Shown: piece by piece, positions 35,559 through 49,952 of the stretch
Layout: each line of letters begins with the position of its first letter
Position numbering within the stretch: the stretch's first letter is position 1
Source: Anaeramoeba ignava BMAN
Taxonomy: Eukaryota > Protista > Anaeramoebae
Length of the DNA: 64,000 nucleotides
Assembly: GCA_028826165.1 (NCBI GenBank)
Contig: JAPDFW010000147.1
Span: forward strand, 186,001 to 250,000
Direction: 5' to 3'
Translations under genes and position numbers: made by a program
Notes under the pieces: generated by a model
Told to the model about the DNA's origin: nothing
Seen by the model: only the letters and a program-made list of their open reading frames with translations
Databases searched by the model: none

Positions 35559-36850
35559 ATGCCTGGTTATAAATGTGTTTTTGTTGGAGATAAAGAATCA
35601 AAAAAAACAGAAATGATAATTACTTATTTGAAAGGTGAATATCCAGAAAAATATGTTCCATCAGTTTTTGAAAATCAAGATGTATATGTTGAATTAGAAA
35701 GGAAAACATTTCAATTACGTTTATGGGATACAGGAGGTCAAAATGATTATGATAGACTTAGACCTTTATCTTATCCAAATACAAATGTTGTTTTAATTTG
35801 TTTTTCTATTGTTAATCAAAAATCATTTGAAAATGTTAAAAACAAATGGATTCCTGAAATTCAACATTTTTGTCCAAAAGTTCCATTTATTTTAGTTGGA
35901 ACTGAATTAGATAAAAGAGATGATCAAGAAACAATTAATGAATTAAAAGAAAAAGGTTTATCTCCAATTACTTATCAACAAGGATTGGAAATGGCTAAAG
36001 AATTTAAAGCTTTTAATTATATTGAATGTTCTGCAAGAAAACAACAAAATTTAAAAGAAGTTTTTCAAGAAGCAGTTAGAGCATCTAGAAATCCAAAATA
36101 TTATATACAATTCAAAAAGAAGAAAGAAAAAGAAGAAAAAGCAAAATTAAAACAAAAACAAAAAGAAGAACAAAAGAAGAAAAAAGAGGAACAAAAGAAA
36201 AAAAAAGAAAAAGAAAAGAAAAAGCAAAATTGAAAGAAAAAAATTTAAAATGAAAATCAATTCAAAAAGTGGAAAAAACCAAAAATTTTTAAAATAAAAG
36301 AAATTATCAAAAAGAAAAAGAAAAAGAAAAAAAAAGAAAAAGAAAAAGAAAATAAAAGAAATATCAAAACAAAATAATTGGAATTAAATTTAAAAAAATT
36401 AATATTTGAATTAATTTGAAAGAAATATCAAAAAGGAAATCCTTTTATAAAAACCTTTTTGGAACTTATCAAAAAAATATATATTTGAAGGAAAAGAAAT
36501 TGAAATAATATTTCAAGATAAAACCTGATAAAAATTTAATGGCGAAGCAAATTTTTAATTTATTTTTTGAAATATAGATTTTATTTTCTTTAAAATGTTA
36601 AATCAAAATTTTTAATCTGAAATTAAACAAAATTTCCCAAAATAAATTAAAAAGAAATAATTCAATAATAATTGAAGAATTAAAAACAAAATTTTTGAAA
36701 ACCAATTACATATGAAAAAGGAATAAGAACAGCAAAAATAAAATGTTAAAATAATGGAATGTTCTTTTTAAAAATAAAAAGAATTTAACAAAATTTTTAA
36801 AAACAGTTTAAAGATTTGAATTAAATTCAAATTTAATCAAACAGAAAAAA
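35559..36850 (+). CDS. Atypical Rho GTPase (intact ORF 35559-36233) followed by a disrupted copy of the linker and second Rho-like domain
   Basis: GDKESKKT, YVPSVFEN, LWDTGGQNDYDRLRPLSYP, GTELDKR, ECSAR. Sequence 36234-36850 is colinear with 28620-29300 but full of indels. Upstream 35304-35558 duplicates ~27735-27980. Confidence 0.75.
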
Positions 36851-37339
36851 TAAATAAATTAAATAATCAAATAATCAAATAATCAAATAATTAAATAATT
36901 AAATAATTAAATAATTAAATAATGAAATAATCAAATAATTAAATAATCAAATAATCAAATAATCAAATAATTTTTAAATAATTAAATAATTAAATAATTA
37001 AATTTTGATTAAAAATATAATCAAAAATAATCAAATAATCAAATAATCAAATAATCAAAATATAAATAATTAAATAATTAAATAATGAAAAATCAAAAAT
37101 AATTTTTCTTTTTTTTTTTCTTTTTCTTTTTTTGGATTAATTTTAAGAAAATTTAAATAAAAATAATTTTAATTTTCAATATTAAATCTTAAATTTCCTA
37201 AATAAAAATAAATAAAATAATAAATAAAGTAAAAATAAATTTTTAAATTAAATTAATTTAATTTCAAATTTTTAATTTATTTTTTATTCCAAATTTTTAA
37301 ATTTTATTTTTATTTTCAAAAACAAAATTAATAAAAATA

Positions 37340-37960
37340 TAATAAATAATTTAATTAAATTTATTAAAAATGTGTTTTGATTTGAGTAAAGAATCAAAAT
37401 TTGATAATTACTTTTTAAAATATAGAATATAAAAAAAAATATTTCCATCAAAGTTTTTGAAAATAATTTTTTAAATGTTGAATTAAAAAAAAATTTAATT
37501 AAATTTATTAAAAAGGAAGTCAAGATGATTTGATAAACTTAGACCTTTAAATTATCCTAATTCAAATATTTTTTAATTTGTTTTTCTATTGCTAATTAAA
37601 AATATTTTAAATTTAAAGAAAAATGGATTTGAAATTCAAATTTTTTAAATAAAAATTTCCTTTTATAAGTTGGAACTGAATTAGATAAAAAAGATGATAA
37701 GAAACAATTAATGAATTAATTTAAAAAATTTTTAAAATTACTTTTCAACAAGGATTATAAATTTTAAAAAAATTTTTGCTTTTAATTATATTGAAATAAA
37801 AATTTTAATAAAAAATTTAATTAAATTTTTTAAAAGCAGTTATTGATTAGAATTAAAATTTTATATACAATTAAAAAAAAGAAAGAATTTTAAGAAAAAT
37901 ATAAAATTAAAAACAAAAACAAAAAGAAAACAAAAGAAGAAAAAATTTTCTAAAGAAAAA
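37340..37960 (+). pseudogene. Highly degraded third copy of the 35559 Rho gene (relic or mis-polished consensus)
   Basis: Residual matches AATGTGTTTT..AAAGAATCAAAA, CTTAGACCTTTA..TATCC, TTTGTTTTTCTATTG, GTTGGAACTGAATTAGATAAA and CAACAAGGATT. Upstream 37100-37340 matches the same 5' flank. Confidence 0.65.
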
Positions 37961-38309
37961 TTTAATAAAAAGAAAAATTAAATGAATTAAAAATTAAAAT
38001 AAAATTAATTTTAATTTAATTTCCTTTTTAAAATATAGATTTTATTAAAAAATATAAATTTTAATCAAAATTTTTAATTAATTTTCTAAATAAAAAATTT
38101 AATAAATAATTTAATTAAATTTATTAAAAAATTGATAATTGATTTAAATTAATATTTAATTTAATTTATTTTTTAAAATATAGATTTTATTAAAAAATAT
38201 AAATTTTAATCAAAATTTTTAATTAAATAAAAAAAGCAAAAAAAATTTTTTCATTTTTTTTCTTTTCAATTTTTTTTCTTTAATTTTTATTTAAAACAAA
38301 AAAAACAAA

Positions 38310-41300
38310 ATGAATGAAGAAGATACATTAACAAATATAGGCACAAGAATATTATCACTTCTTCCACATAAAAAAATAGAATTTTCAGAAACTTATTCAG
38401 TTTTTATTCCAAAAGAATTTATAAATAATTCACTTCAAATGGAAAATGATTTACTTGTTTCTTTATCTTTAACAAGATTTAATTCAGTTTTTAAAGTTTT
38501 AACTAATTTACTTGATGATATTTCTTTAAAAAATACTGATTTGGAAAGTCATAAATTAATTCAAGTTCAACGTTCTTTTTTAATTATTTTTGAATTAATG
38601 TTTCAATCTTTGGAAAATTCTTATCAATTAGTATTTGTTTTTATTGAAAAATTCATTTATAAAATTAAAATTAAAATTAAAATTAAAATTAAAATTAAAA
38701 TTAAAATTAAAATTAAAATTAAAATTAAAATTAAAATTAAAATTAAAATTAAAATTAAAATTAAAATTAAAATTAAAATTAAAATTAAAATTAAAATCAA
38801 AATTAAAATTAAAATTAAAATTCAAAATTAAAATTAAAATTAAAATTAAAATTAAAATTAAAATTTAAAATAATTTAGAGTGATCAAGAAATTGAAAATC
38901 TTAAAAATCAAAATCAAACTCAAAATTTAATAGATGATTATTTAGCATTTAGATTTGTTCTTTTATTAATAAATGTTAATTTTGAATTTGAACATGGTTC
39001 TTATTCAAATATGTTTACAGAATATTTTGAAAAACTTATTAGAAGAGTTTCTCATATAAATTATATACAAATTTTTAATCAAGTTATTGAAGCATTACAA
39101 GCAATTAAATCAGGAAATGAAGATGTTCAAATTCGAAAATTAAATTTAATTAAATATCTTGATTATGATAATATAAAATTATCAGAATTATTTCGTGTTT
39201 TAAATCAATATTTTACTTATTTCAAAAAAAATCACACAAAATTAATTTCAGAAGTTTTAAAAGAAGGTTAATTTATTTAGAAATTTATTTAATAATTTAT
39301 TTAAAAATTTATTTAAAAATTTATTTAAAAATTTATTTAATAATTTATTTAAAAATTTATTTAAAAATTTATTTAAAAATTTATTTAATAATTTATTTAA
39401 AAATTTATTTAAAAATTTATTTAAAAATTTATTTAAAAATTTATTTAAAAATTTATTCCTATTTAAAAATTTTTAATAATTTATTTAAAAATTTATTTAA
39501 AAATTTATTTAAAAATTTATTTAAAATTTTTATTTAAAAATTTATTTATTTAATTTTATTTAAAAATTTATTTAATAATTTATTTTTTAATTTATTTAAT
39601 AATTTATTTAAAAATTTATTTAATAATTTATTTAATAATTTATTTAAAAATTTATTTAATAATTTATTTAAAAATTTATAATTTATTTAAAAATTTATTT
39701 AAAATTTATTTTTAAAAATTTATTTAATAATTTATTTAATAATTTATTTAAAATTTATTTAAAAATTTATTTAAAAATTTATTTTAAAAATTTATTTAAA
39801 ATTTATTTAATAATTTATTTTAAATTTATTTAAAAATTTATTTAATTTAAAAATTTATTTAAAAATTTTATTTATTAATTTATTTTAATAATTTATTTAA
39901 TAATTTATTTAAAATTTATTTAATTTATTTAATAATTTATTTAATAATTTATTTAAAAATTTATTTAATAATTTATTTAATAATTTATTTAAAAATTATT
40001 TAAAAATTTATTTAAAAATTTATTTAAAAATTTATTTAAAAATTTATTTAAAAATTTATTTAAAATTTATTTAAAAATTTATTTAAAAATTTATTTAAAA
40101 ATTTATTTAAAAATTTATTTTAATTTAATTTATTTAATAATTTATTTAATAATTTAATAATTTATTTAATAATTTATTTTAATAATTAATTTAATAAATA
40201 ATTTATTTAATAATTTATTTAATAATTTATTTAATAATTTATTTAAAAATTTATTTTATTTAATAATTTATTTAAAAATTTATTTAAAAATTTATTTAAT
40301 AATTTATTTAATAATTTATTTAATAATTTATTTAAAAATTTATTTAAAAATTTATTTAAAAATTTATTTAAAAATTTATTTAATAATTTATTTAATAATT
40401 TATTTAATAATTTATTTAAAAATTTATTTAAAAATTTATTTAAAAATCAGGAATATGGAATTGGATTAATCATCGACCATCACAATTTACAGAATTATCA
40501 CAATCCAAAAAAACAATGGAAGGAAATCCAGATACTTTATTTGATTATTTTCAAAAACATGGACAAGAATTAAAAAAAGAAAGTCATTTATTTTGGCCAA
40601 CAGAAACAATGTTATTAATTTTATGTCCTGATATTTTAATTTCACTTACAATGGGAGATAAACAAGCTTTATCAAGTTCAAAAGGAATATTTTTTAATGA
40701 ATTACAATCTTCTCTTAAATTAAAAGGTGAAATATCCGATATGGCTGCTAGATGTTTAGTTGATTTTTGTCAAGCTTCTACATATGTTTCTAAAGCAGAT
40801 ATTTCTGGTTTAAGATATCTTGTTCCAATTATTAGACCTGATTTAAATGTAGAATATTTTAAACAATTAAAATTAAAATTAAAATTAAAATTAAAATTAA
40901 AATTAAAATTAAAATTAAAATTAAAATTAAAATCAAAATAAAAATTAAAATTAAAATTAAAATTAAAAAAATTAAAAATCCTAAATTAAAATTTTTAAAA
41001 TTAAAATTAAAATTAAAAATAAAAATTAAAAAAAAATTAAAATTAAAATTCATGTAAAAAATCAAAAATTTGTCAAAAATCCCAAAATTAAAATCAAAAT
41101 CAAAATTAAAATTAAAATTAAAATCAAAAATTAAAAATTAAAATCAAATTTAAATTAAAATATTTTAAAAATTAAAATTAAAATTAAATTAAATCAAAAA
41201 TTAAAATCAAAAATTAAAAATTAAAATTAAAATTAAAATTAAAATCAAAATTAAAATCAAAATAAAAATTAAAATTAAAATTAAATCAAAATTAAAATTA

Positions 41301-44300
41301 AAATTAAAATTAAAATTAAAATAAAAATCAAAATTAAAATTAAAATTAAAATTAAAATTAAAATTAAAATTAAAATTAAAATTAAAATTAAAATCAAAAT
41401 TAAAATCAAAATCAAAATTAAAATTAAAATTAAAATTAAAATTAATTTATAAAAATTAAAATCAAAATTAAAATCAAAATCAAAATTAAAATTAAAATTA
41501 AAATTAAAATTAAAATTAAAATTAAAATTAAAATCAAAATTAAAATTAAAATTAAATTAAAATTATAGAAAAAATTATTGGACCAAAGTAAACCTTATCA
41601 AGACCTCGAAATTATTGCTCAATATTTAATTGCTTCATTCAAAATTAATCCAAGAGATTCATTCGATAATTGTAAAGATGAAAATGCTCCACTTTCTTTA
41701 AAATATTCACTAACAAAAGCATTGAGAATAATTTCACAAGAAGAACCACTTCCTTGGAATCCAACAATTTCAGGAGCTTATTCAATTGCATCTTTTATTA
41801 AAAATTTATTCAAAGAAAATATTGCAAACATTCGAGAAATACAATCTAATCAATTAAATTTAGGAAAACCAAAAAATATTTCAAATTTATTAAATTCACC
41901 AACTATTAAAAAAAAAGAAAAAGAACAACTTATTATTGCTCAACTAAGAATCGATTCAATCAATGAAATTATCAAATTATTCTCGTTTGATCCTTCCTTC
42001 TTTTTATATTATCCATTTGATGAAAATCAGGATCAAAATATTCAATTCAAAAAAATGAAAACGGAAGCTAAACAAATGTTCAAATTATTAACCAGTTTTC
42101 TCGATGATTCCTTCAGTAATGAAATCACATATTCAGCAAACCTTGCAATTCGCAATCTTTTTATTCCTGAATATATTGTTAAATGGTGTCCTGATGATAT
42201 TATTCGTGGATTTTTATGAAATTGGATCAATTATTTTCTTTTCGATTGGAAATTTAATTGTTGAATCAATTGAAATTTCACAAGAACATACAAATCTTCT
42301 TCTTGATTTATTGCACTATTTACTTCGCAAGAGAAATGAGTTTTTACTTGCAAATCAAAGTTTTTCTTTTAGTCAAATTCCAGAAAATGTGATTCGCCAA
42401 CACTTCAATTCAAATACACAAATCGAAATTGCATTGCTTATTCTGCTCTGCAATTCAGATCCTAATGTTTGTTCTCAAGCAGCTCAATGTTTTGATTTTT
42501 TATGTGAAGAAGTGAAAATAATTGGAAATTTAGAACATTCAAATAATACTATTGGAACTTTATACAATGAATACAAACAATTATCTCAACTTGGACAATT
42601 AAAAACAGGTCGCATTGCTCAACAAAAAGCAATTCATTCGTTATTTAGAAGAATTGATATCGCAACATTCGGTAATATGCCTGCTTGGAAAAAGATATAT
42701 GAAAGATGGGAATATGCAACTAATATTATCACTTCAAATCTTGAATCAACAATAAATGAAAATATCAGTAAAATCAAGTCAAAACAAAAGGGATCAACAC
42801 AAACAACTTCATCAAAAGAGTTTTCTGATGCTGATTTAAATAGAACCAAAATTGAATGGAATAATTACACAGGATTTTTATGCAGTTTAGCTGCTGTTGC
42901 CAAAAAAATTCCAGAAAGCTCAAAAGAATCTCAACAAAAAGGAAAAATGATGGTTGATTCTTTTATTGAAAAAGTGCTTGATCTTATTATTTGCGATGTT
43001 GATTATATCAAGGAAATTATTATCCAAACAATATCTTGCATTTCACCAGCAGTTTATCATCTTCTTTTTGAAAAAATTGTTGAAAAAATCAATAATAATA
43101 TTATGAAAGATGGAAATGTAATTTCAAGTGAAAAGGCAACTTTGTTTATTGATCAAGTCATTTCATTAATAAAACAAATATTGGATCAACCTTTTGAATT
43201 GGATGATTTTTCTACTATTGATTTGGAGTCTTTAGTTATTTCTATTGTTCATTATTTATCTTATATCACTGTTGATTCTAAAACTCTAAGAATTAAATGT
43301 AAACTCTGTCAACTTGTTGAATTAATGATTAAAAGAAGAGGAAGTTTACTTTTTAGAAATGAAACTAAATTCCGTAATGAACTTGTTGAAAAAATTATGG
43401 AATGGTTTTCAATTTATCAAGATGGATCAGATTCAAACAAAGATAAAACATCAAATAATTCTATGAATGAAATCAATCAAATCAATTCAAATATTTTATC
43501 ACAACAAACAAATGGTGAATATATTTTAATTTTATTATTAATTTTATATTTATATTAATTTTATTACATTTTATTATTGATTTAGATGAAAACAAAAAAA
43601 TATCTTCAAAACTTCAATTTTATTCAAAAGATTCTCTTGAATACAACACTGAATTATCAAGAATGAAAAGAGAACTTGATATTACTGCAATGAGAGTTGT
43701 AGAGACTTTATTAGAAAAATTAGTTCTTCAAAAATATCGAGCAGTTGAAGTAAAACAACAACAAACTGGAGATGAAATTTTGGAACAGAAATCAAAACTA
43801 TTTTCTCAATATTTCCTTTTCTTTTCAACAATGTTATCAAGACTTCAGAAAAAAAAACTTTTGGATGAAGATGCCAAAAAATTATATCAACACACAACAA
43901 TGGCTGTATCAAATATGATACATTCAAATGTTAGCGTTGGATTAAGACATGCATTACCAATGGGATATTCTGCTGATATTGAATCAAGAGCTTCTTTTTT
44001 GGAAGTTTTAACTATCATTTTAAAACAAGGAACAGAATTTGGAAGTTTAAAAGAAACTGTTCAAGATAAATATAAAAATATTATTGATATGATTCTTTCG
44101 GATGATTTGGTTGTTACAAAAGCAATATTTTCAATTACAAAAGTGACAGAATCAGATTTAATCTCAAAATTACTTGTTAGAATAAATGAATATAATGGAA
44201 CAGCAATTAGACTTTTGAAATGGTCTATTCAAGACGAAGTTATAGGTACTCCTCAAGATCAACCGCAAATGCTTTTCAGAAGAAACTCATTTGCAAGTAA

Positions 44301-47300
44301 AATGCTTGGTGTTTATTCAAATATGGTTGGATTGGAGTATTTAAAGAATCTTCTTTCAGATTTAGTCAAGAATTTAACTAATGAATTAACTATCAATCAT
44401 AAAACAATTGAAATTAATAAAGCACTTTTAAAAGAAGGTGAAGATATCAATTCAAATCTTGTCAATCTCCAAAATTTCACTCAACAATTTCTTGATAAAA
44501 TTCTTAATTCTGTGGAAATGATTCCAAAACCCATTTTATATCTTTCAAGTTATTTATCATCAAGTGTTGGAGAAAGATTTCCTGAATATATAAGAATAAC
44601 AGTTGCTGGATTTTTCTTTCTTAGATTTTTATGTCCAGTTATCATTTCACCAGATAATTTTGATATTGTTTCTGATAGAATTTCACCTGATGTTAGAAGA
44701 GCATTGATTTTAATCACAAAAACTATTCAAAATTTAGCTAATAATGTTCTTTTTGGTAAAAAAGAAGAATATATGATTCCTTTGAATACTTTTATTGAAT
44801 CAAATAAAGAGAAAATTGAAGATTTTATTACAAAAATAACTCAACTATCAATTAATGAAAAAGTTGAAAAAATTGAAAATAATTCAAATGTTATGAATGA
44901 TTCTATTCAAAAAACAGAACAACCACAAGTTAAATCACCAACAAAACAAAGAATGTCACCAATTAATTTAGATGAAAATGAAAATGAAAATGAAAAATCA
45001 CCAAAAATAACAACAAGACCTCGATTCCCAAGAGGAAGAATTCCAAGAACAAAAACAGAAAATGAAACAGAACAACAAGAAACAAAAAGACAAGATAATA
45101 TTCAATCAAGAATACCAAGAGCAAGATCAAGAAATGCACAATTATCATCAAGAACAACATCAATAATATCAACAGGAATATCACCAAGAGCAACAAGAAC
45201 ATCAAGAACAACAACAAGAACAGGATTTCAAAGAGCGTCACCAAGATCGAGATTACCTCCAAAAACAACATCACCACCAAGAACAAAATCACCACCAAGA
45301 ACAACATCACCACAAAGAACAACATCACCAAAATTACCACCAAAACCAAAATCACCAGATCAAATATCAAAAAATGAAAATCAAATATCAAAAAATGAAA
45401 ATCAAGATCAAATATCAAAAAATCAAATATCAAAAGATCAAATATCAAAAAATCAAAAAGATGATAAAGATAAATCACTTTTATCATCTTCAATCCAAAT
45501 ATCTAAAGAAGAAATCTCACAAGACTTCTCAACTATTCACTCCTTCTTATACTCAAATATAGAAGAATTATCCCTTTATTTTCAACACCAAAAAGAACAA
45601 AATGTTTCTAAAATTGGTGAAAAATTCCTCTCAATTTTAAATGAACTTGGAAAACCACAAAAACAAGAAAATGATAAACAAAAATCATCACCAAATTTAT
45701 TATCAAATGTATCTTTAACAGAATCTTCAACACTTTCTGAAAATACAAAAAGAAACCGAAAATTTAAAGAATTTATGAATCAAATGAAAGGAAAAAATAC
45801 TTCAAGATTTGAAAATGTTTTTTTCCAAGAAGGAAAATCAAAAAAAGGAGAACTTGTTTTTTATTTTATTCCAAGAAGAATTCAACAATCAGATGATATG
45901 GGAATTCTGGTTTATCATATTTTCAAAAATTTTGAAAGTTATTTCGCAAAAGAAACACAACCTTTTATTGTTGTTGTTGATGGAACAATGTTTTCATCTC
46001 AACATGAAATTCCTAAAACTTGGGTTCTTCAATTATTCAGAAATTTCCCAATTTCATGGATGAATGTTTTAAAGGAAGTTTATATAATTTCACCAACAAC
46101 TGAATTGAAGAAATTTGTTGTTAAAAGAATTGAGAAATTGGTTCCACATTCAGCAATACAAAATATTAAGATATTTGATCAACCAACTCAACTTTTTGAA
46201 TTTATTTCTGAAAAAGAACAAAGTTTACCATCAGAAACACTTGATATTCAATCAAACATCAAATCAAAATTCTCTCAAATTCAATATATTCCTCAATCTT
46301 CAAAACCAAAAGAAGTTTTAATGGCAATTTCTGGCAATTTCCTTCAAATTATTCAAACAAAAGAAACACTTTTCAATTTACAAACTAATTTAATTGATAT
46401 GGTTTATATTTCAAATATCCAAAGTGTTGAATTATCAGATCAACAACAAGACCAATTTGTAATGAGATGCTATATTGAATCCGAACAGAAAACATTAACA
46501 TACAAAAGCCAATTTTGCAAAGAAATAGTTCAAGGAATTGAAGCAACAAAAAAGAAATTTGAATATAATCAAAAAGCTCATCTTCAAAAAAGAGAAATAT
46601 TTGCAGAAATACAGCCATCAAATGTGCCAGGAACACTTCTCAATATTGCATTACTTAATCTTGGACATGAGAATGAAACACTTAGAAAATCAGCTTATAA
46701 TTTAATGACTGTTCTTTGCCAAAATTTCAATTTCTCAACAAAATCTCGTTTATTGGAAACTGAAGGAATATGTATACCTCAATCTCAAACATCATTTATA
46801 GTTGATTTGAGCAAGGAATTGGCTCAAAATGAATCACATTTAACACTTGAATTTCTTCGAGAAAGTTTGAAATATTTTGACAAATCAAGTGTTCATGGAA
46901 AACATCTTTGTTTGGAATACATTTCTCCATGGCTTCCTAATCTTAAGGAATATATTACTTTGTATCTTAGTGATAAAACAAACAAAGATTATGAAGAGAA
47001 ATATCAATTAACTCGAGAAATTCTTACAAAATTACTTGATCTTTCTCTTACAGAAAAACAGCATCTTCCTGCAATTATGATTCATGTTTGGAAGAAAATA
47101 TCCACAGTTTCTGAGATTTTGATTCCTGTATTTGAGATTTTTATTCAACGAAGTATAATTTATGGAGTTGACTCAAGAAATTCTGATATGCTTGCACAAA
47201 TTGCAGTTACAGTTTCATCAACTTATCCAAAACTAATTTCAATTCATTTTTGCAATGAAATGATGAAATTAATTGTTTTATTGAAAGAACAAACAAACAA

Positions 47301-49035
47301 AGATAACTCAAATATTCAAGACCATGAGAAATTCAAGGATATTTTAATCATCATAAGATTTATATTATATCTCAGTTTTGAAAATCTTATTTCTTTAAAT
47401 GATACACTTGCTGATCTTTTAACATTTATTGTTCTTTTATATCCAATTCAATCATTATTTATGAGAACAGCTTTATTATCTCTAGTTGTCAATACAATTC
47501 ATTCTCTTGCAACAAAAGTACCTCCTCAAGGCGATGCAAGCCAAATTAATTTAAGGAAAATTCTTCATGAAGTTACTCAACCAAGATTTAGAGTTTTATT
47601 TTTTGGATCAGGAGGAAAAAAAGGAAATTTTCTATTTGAAAATTTTAGTTCTGTTAGTGCAAGAAAAAGTAATTTATCAACAAATGAATTAATTCAAAAA
47701 TCTACTTTCGAAATGACAAATGCGCTTGTTATTGATCTTACAAAATCGCAAATGCAGAAACTTAAACAAGCAAATATCCAATTAGATTTTCTTGAGAAAA
47801 ATGAAAAAGAAATTAAAATGGAAAAAATTCCTATTCAAAGTATTGAATCTGTTTCACAAGTTTTGCTTGAGGTTATTGATTGTTATAAGGATATGGAACA
47901 AGGAAATATTTGGCATAAAAAATGGAAATCATCCATTCAAGAATTTGCGTTTTCATCGAATTTCTTTCAACAAACATCATTAACAGTTTATGGAGTTTTA
48001 GAAAGATCAACAATATCAAGTCAACCAATTTCTCAGATTCTTGAACATCTTTGTAAACTTCTTCCCATTGAGAAATTAGATGAGAATCAGAAGGATATGA
48101 TAATATCATCCATTATATCTCTATCCCGTTTGTATCCACTTATGAAACCTCAAGAAAATCTCAAGTTGAATATGTTTTGGGTTGCGATATTACTTTTATA
48201 TCTTGGAGACTTGCAATTATTCCCAGTTACTTTGAGACTACTTCATGTGATACTTCAGAATTTAGATGATATTGGAGTTTTTGAAGAAAAAGATATGGAA
48301 AAAGTATTCCAAATATCAAGAAAAAAAAACAAAGATTTGGAACAAAATTTGGATAAATTTGATTCTGAAATTGGAGTTAATTTTAAGGAACATTTTTCTT
48401 ATTCATTTGCATTTATTTTATTATCAGGAAGAAGAATGCCAACTTTTAAAACAGAATTACTCAATTTACTTCAGTGTATTGTTGATGTTTCATGCAAAAC
48501 AGGGATTGATTCAAGTAAATTAGCATATATTATTTTGTTATCTAGTTGTTTGTCAGTTAAAGAAGTATCACAATTAAGAGAAAGACTTGCGAATTATTTT
48601 GATTGGGAAGGAGAACTTGTTCATTTGTTATTCAATCCGAAAATTTGTTCAGATTCAAAAACAGCTAATTTAATAGTTTATCTTTTGACAACTCTTTTAA
48701 TTCAATCTGATTATGATCAAGAACATTTATTTATTTTGGATATTTTAAATTATGCAGTTGAAGTTTTTCCTGATGTTTTTCCTACTGTTTATGGATTATT
48801 AGATCCAAAGTTATTTGGGATATTATCAAGAACTCAAAGCGATCAAGTTCAAAAATCTGTTCTTAAATTAACTAATTTTATGATGTCAGATCTTTCTGAA
48901 TGGAATTCTGATTTTATTTCTTCTGAATTTGGATTTCGAAATTTGGATGATTTTATTATTTTTTCAAATGATAGCAGAAGGATATCAAAAGGAGAATTAG
49001 TTTCTTCTTTAATTCAAAAAGTATCAAAGATTTAA
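38310..49035 (+). CDS. NF1: Neurofibromin (NF1/Ira-type RasGAP) paralogue A, ~2833 aa, 5 exons, catalytic motifs intact
   Basis: Exons 38310-38630, 38879-39266, 40451-40848, 41569-43514 (one extra T near 42213) and 43586-49035. Motifs IWNWIN, WPTETMLLILCP, EWNNYTGFLCSL, LKQGTEF; GAP-domain motifs LFRRNS, FFFLRFLCP, KTIQNLAN; Sec14-PH; VPGTLLNIALLNLG, LTLEFL, KHLCLEYISPWLPNL. Confidence 0.92.
38652..38870 (+). repeat. (AAAATT)n in NF1-A intron 1
   Basis: Visible directly. Confidence 0.95.
39270..40446 (+). repeat. 12-bp minisatellite (AAAAATTTATTT/AATAATTTATTT)n forming essentially all of NF1-A intron 2
   Basis: Almost pure A/T; intron 39267-40450. Confidence 0.92.
40865..41565 (+). repeat. 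(AAAATT/AAAATC)n in NF1-A intron 3
   Basis: Visible directly. Confidence 0.92.
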
Positions 49036-49179
49036 ATTTCAATTTAATTTCAAAATGAAAAGAAAAGGAATTTAATTTAATTTAATTTTAAAATGATTTA
49101 ATTTAAATTGGAATGAAAAGGAATTTTTTTTTTGATATTTTTTTTCAAAAATAAAAAAGCAAAAAAATAATCTATTTCA

Positions 49180-49935
49180 ATTTAATCAATTTAAATCAAA
49201 TCAAATCAAATCAAATCAAATCAAATTAATTTAAATCAATTTAAATCAAATCAAATCAAATCAATTTATTTTATTCAAATCAAATCAATTTAAATCAATT
49301 TATTTTATTTAATCAAATTAAATCAATTTAATTAAACCAAATCAAATCAAATCAAATCAAATCAATTTATTTTATTTAATCAAATCTAATCAAATTATTT
49401 TATTTAAATCAAATCAAATCAAATCAAATCAATTTAATTTATTTAAATCAATTAAATCAATTTATTTTATTATTTAATCAAATCAAATCAAATCAATTTA
49501 TTTTATTTAATCAAATCAAATCAAATCAAATCAAATTAAATCAAATTAAATCAAATCAATTTATTTAATCAAATCAAATCAAATTATTTTATTTAATTAA
49601 ATCAAATCAATTTATTTTATTTAATCAATTCAATCAAATCAATTCAATCAAATCAAATCAATTTAATCAAATCAATTTATTTTATTAAATCAAATCAATT
49701 TAATCAATTTAAATCAAAAATATTAAATCAAATTAAAAAATCAAATCAAATCAAATCAAAATTCAAAAATTTATTTAAAAATCAAATTAATTTTAAAATC
49801 AAATCAAATCAAAATTTTATTTAATTAAACCAAATCAAATTAAATCAAATCAAATCAAATCAATTTATTTTATTTAATTAAATCAAATCAATTTAATCAA
49901 ATCAAATCAAATTAATTTATTTTATTTAATCAAAT
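49180..49935 (+). repeat. (AAATC)n pentamer-based degenerate satellite
   Basis: AAATC runs interspersed with AATTTATTTTATTT. Confidence 0.85.
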
Positions 49936-49952
49936 TAATATATTTTATTTAA

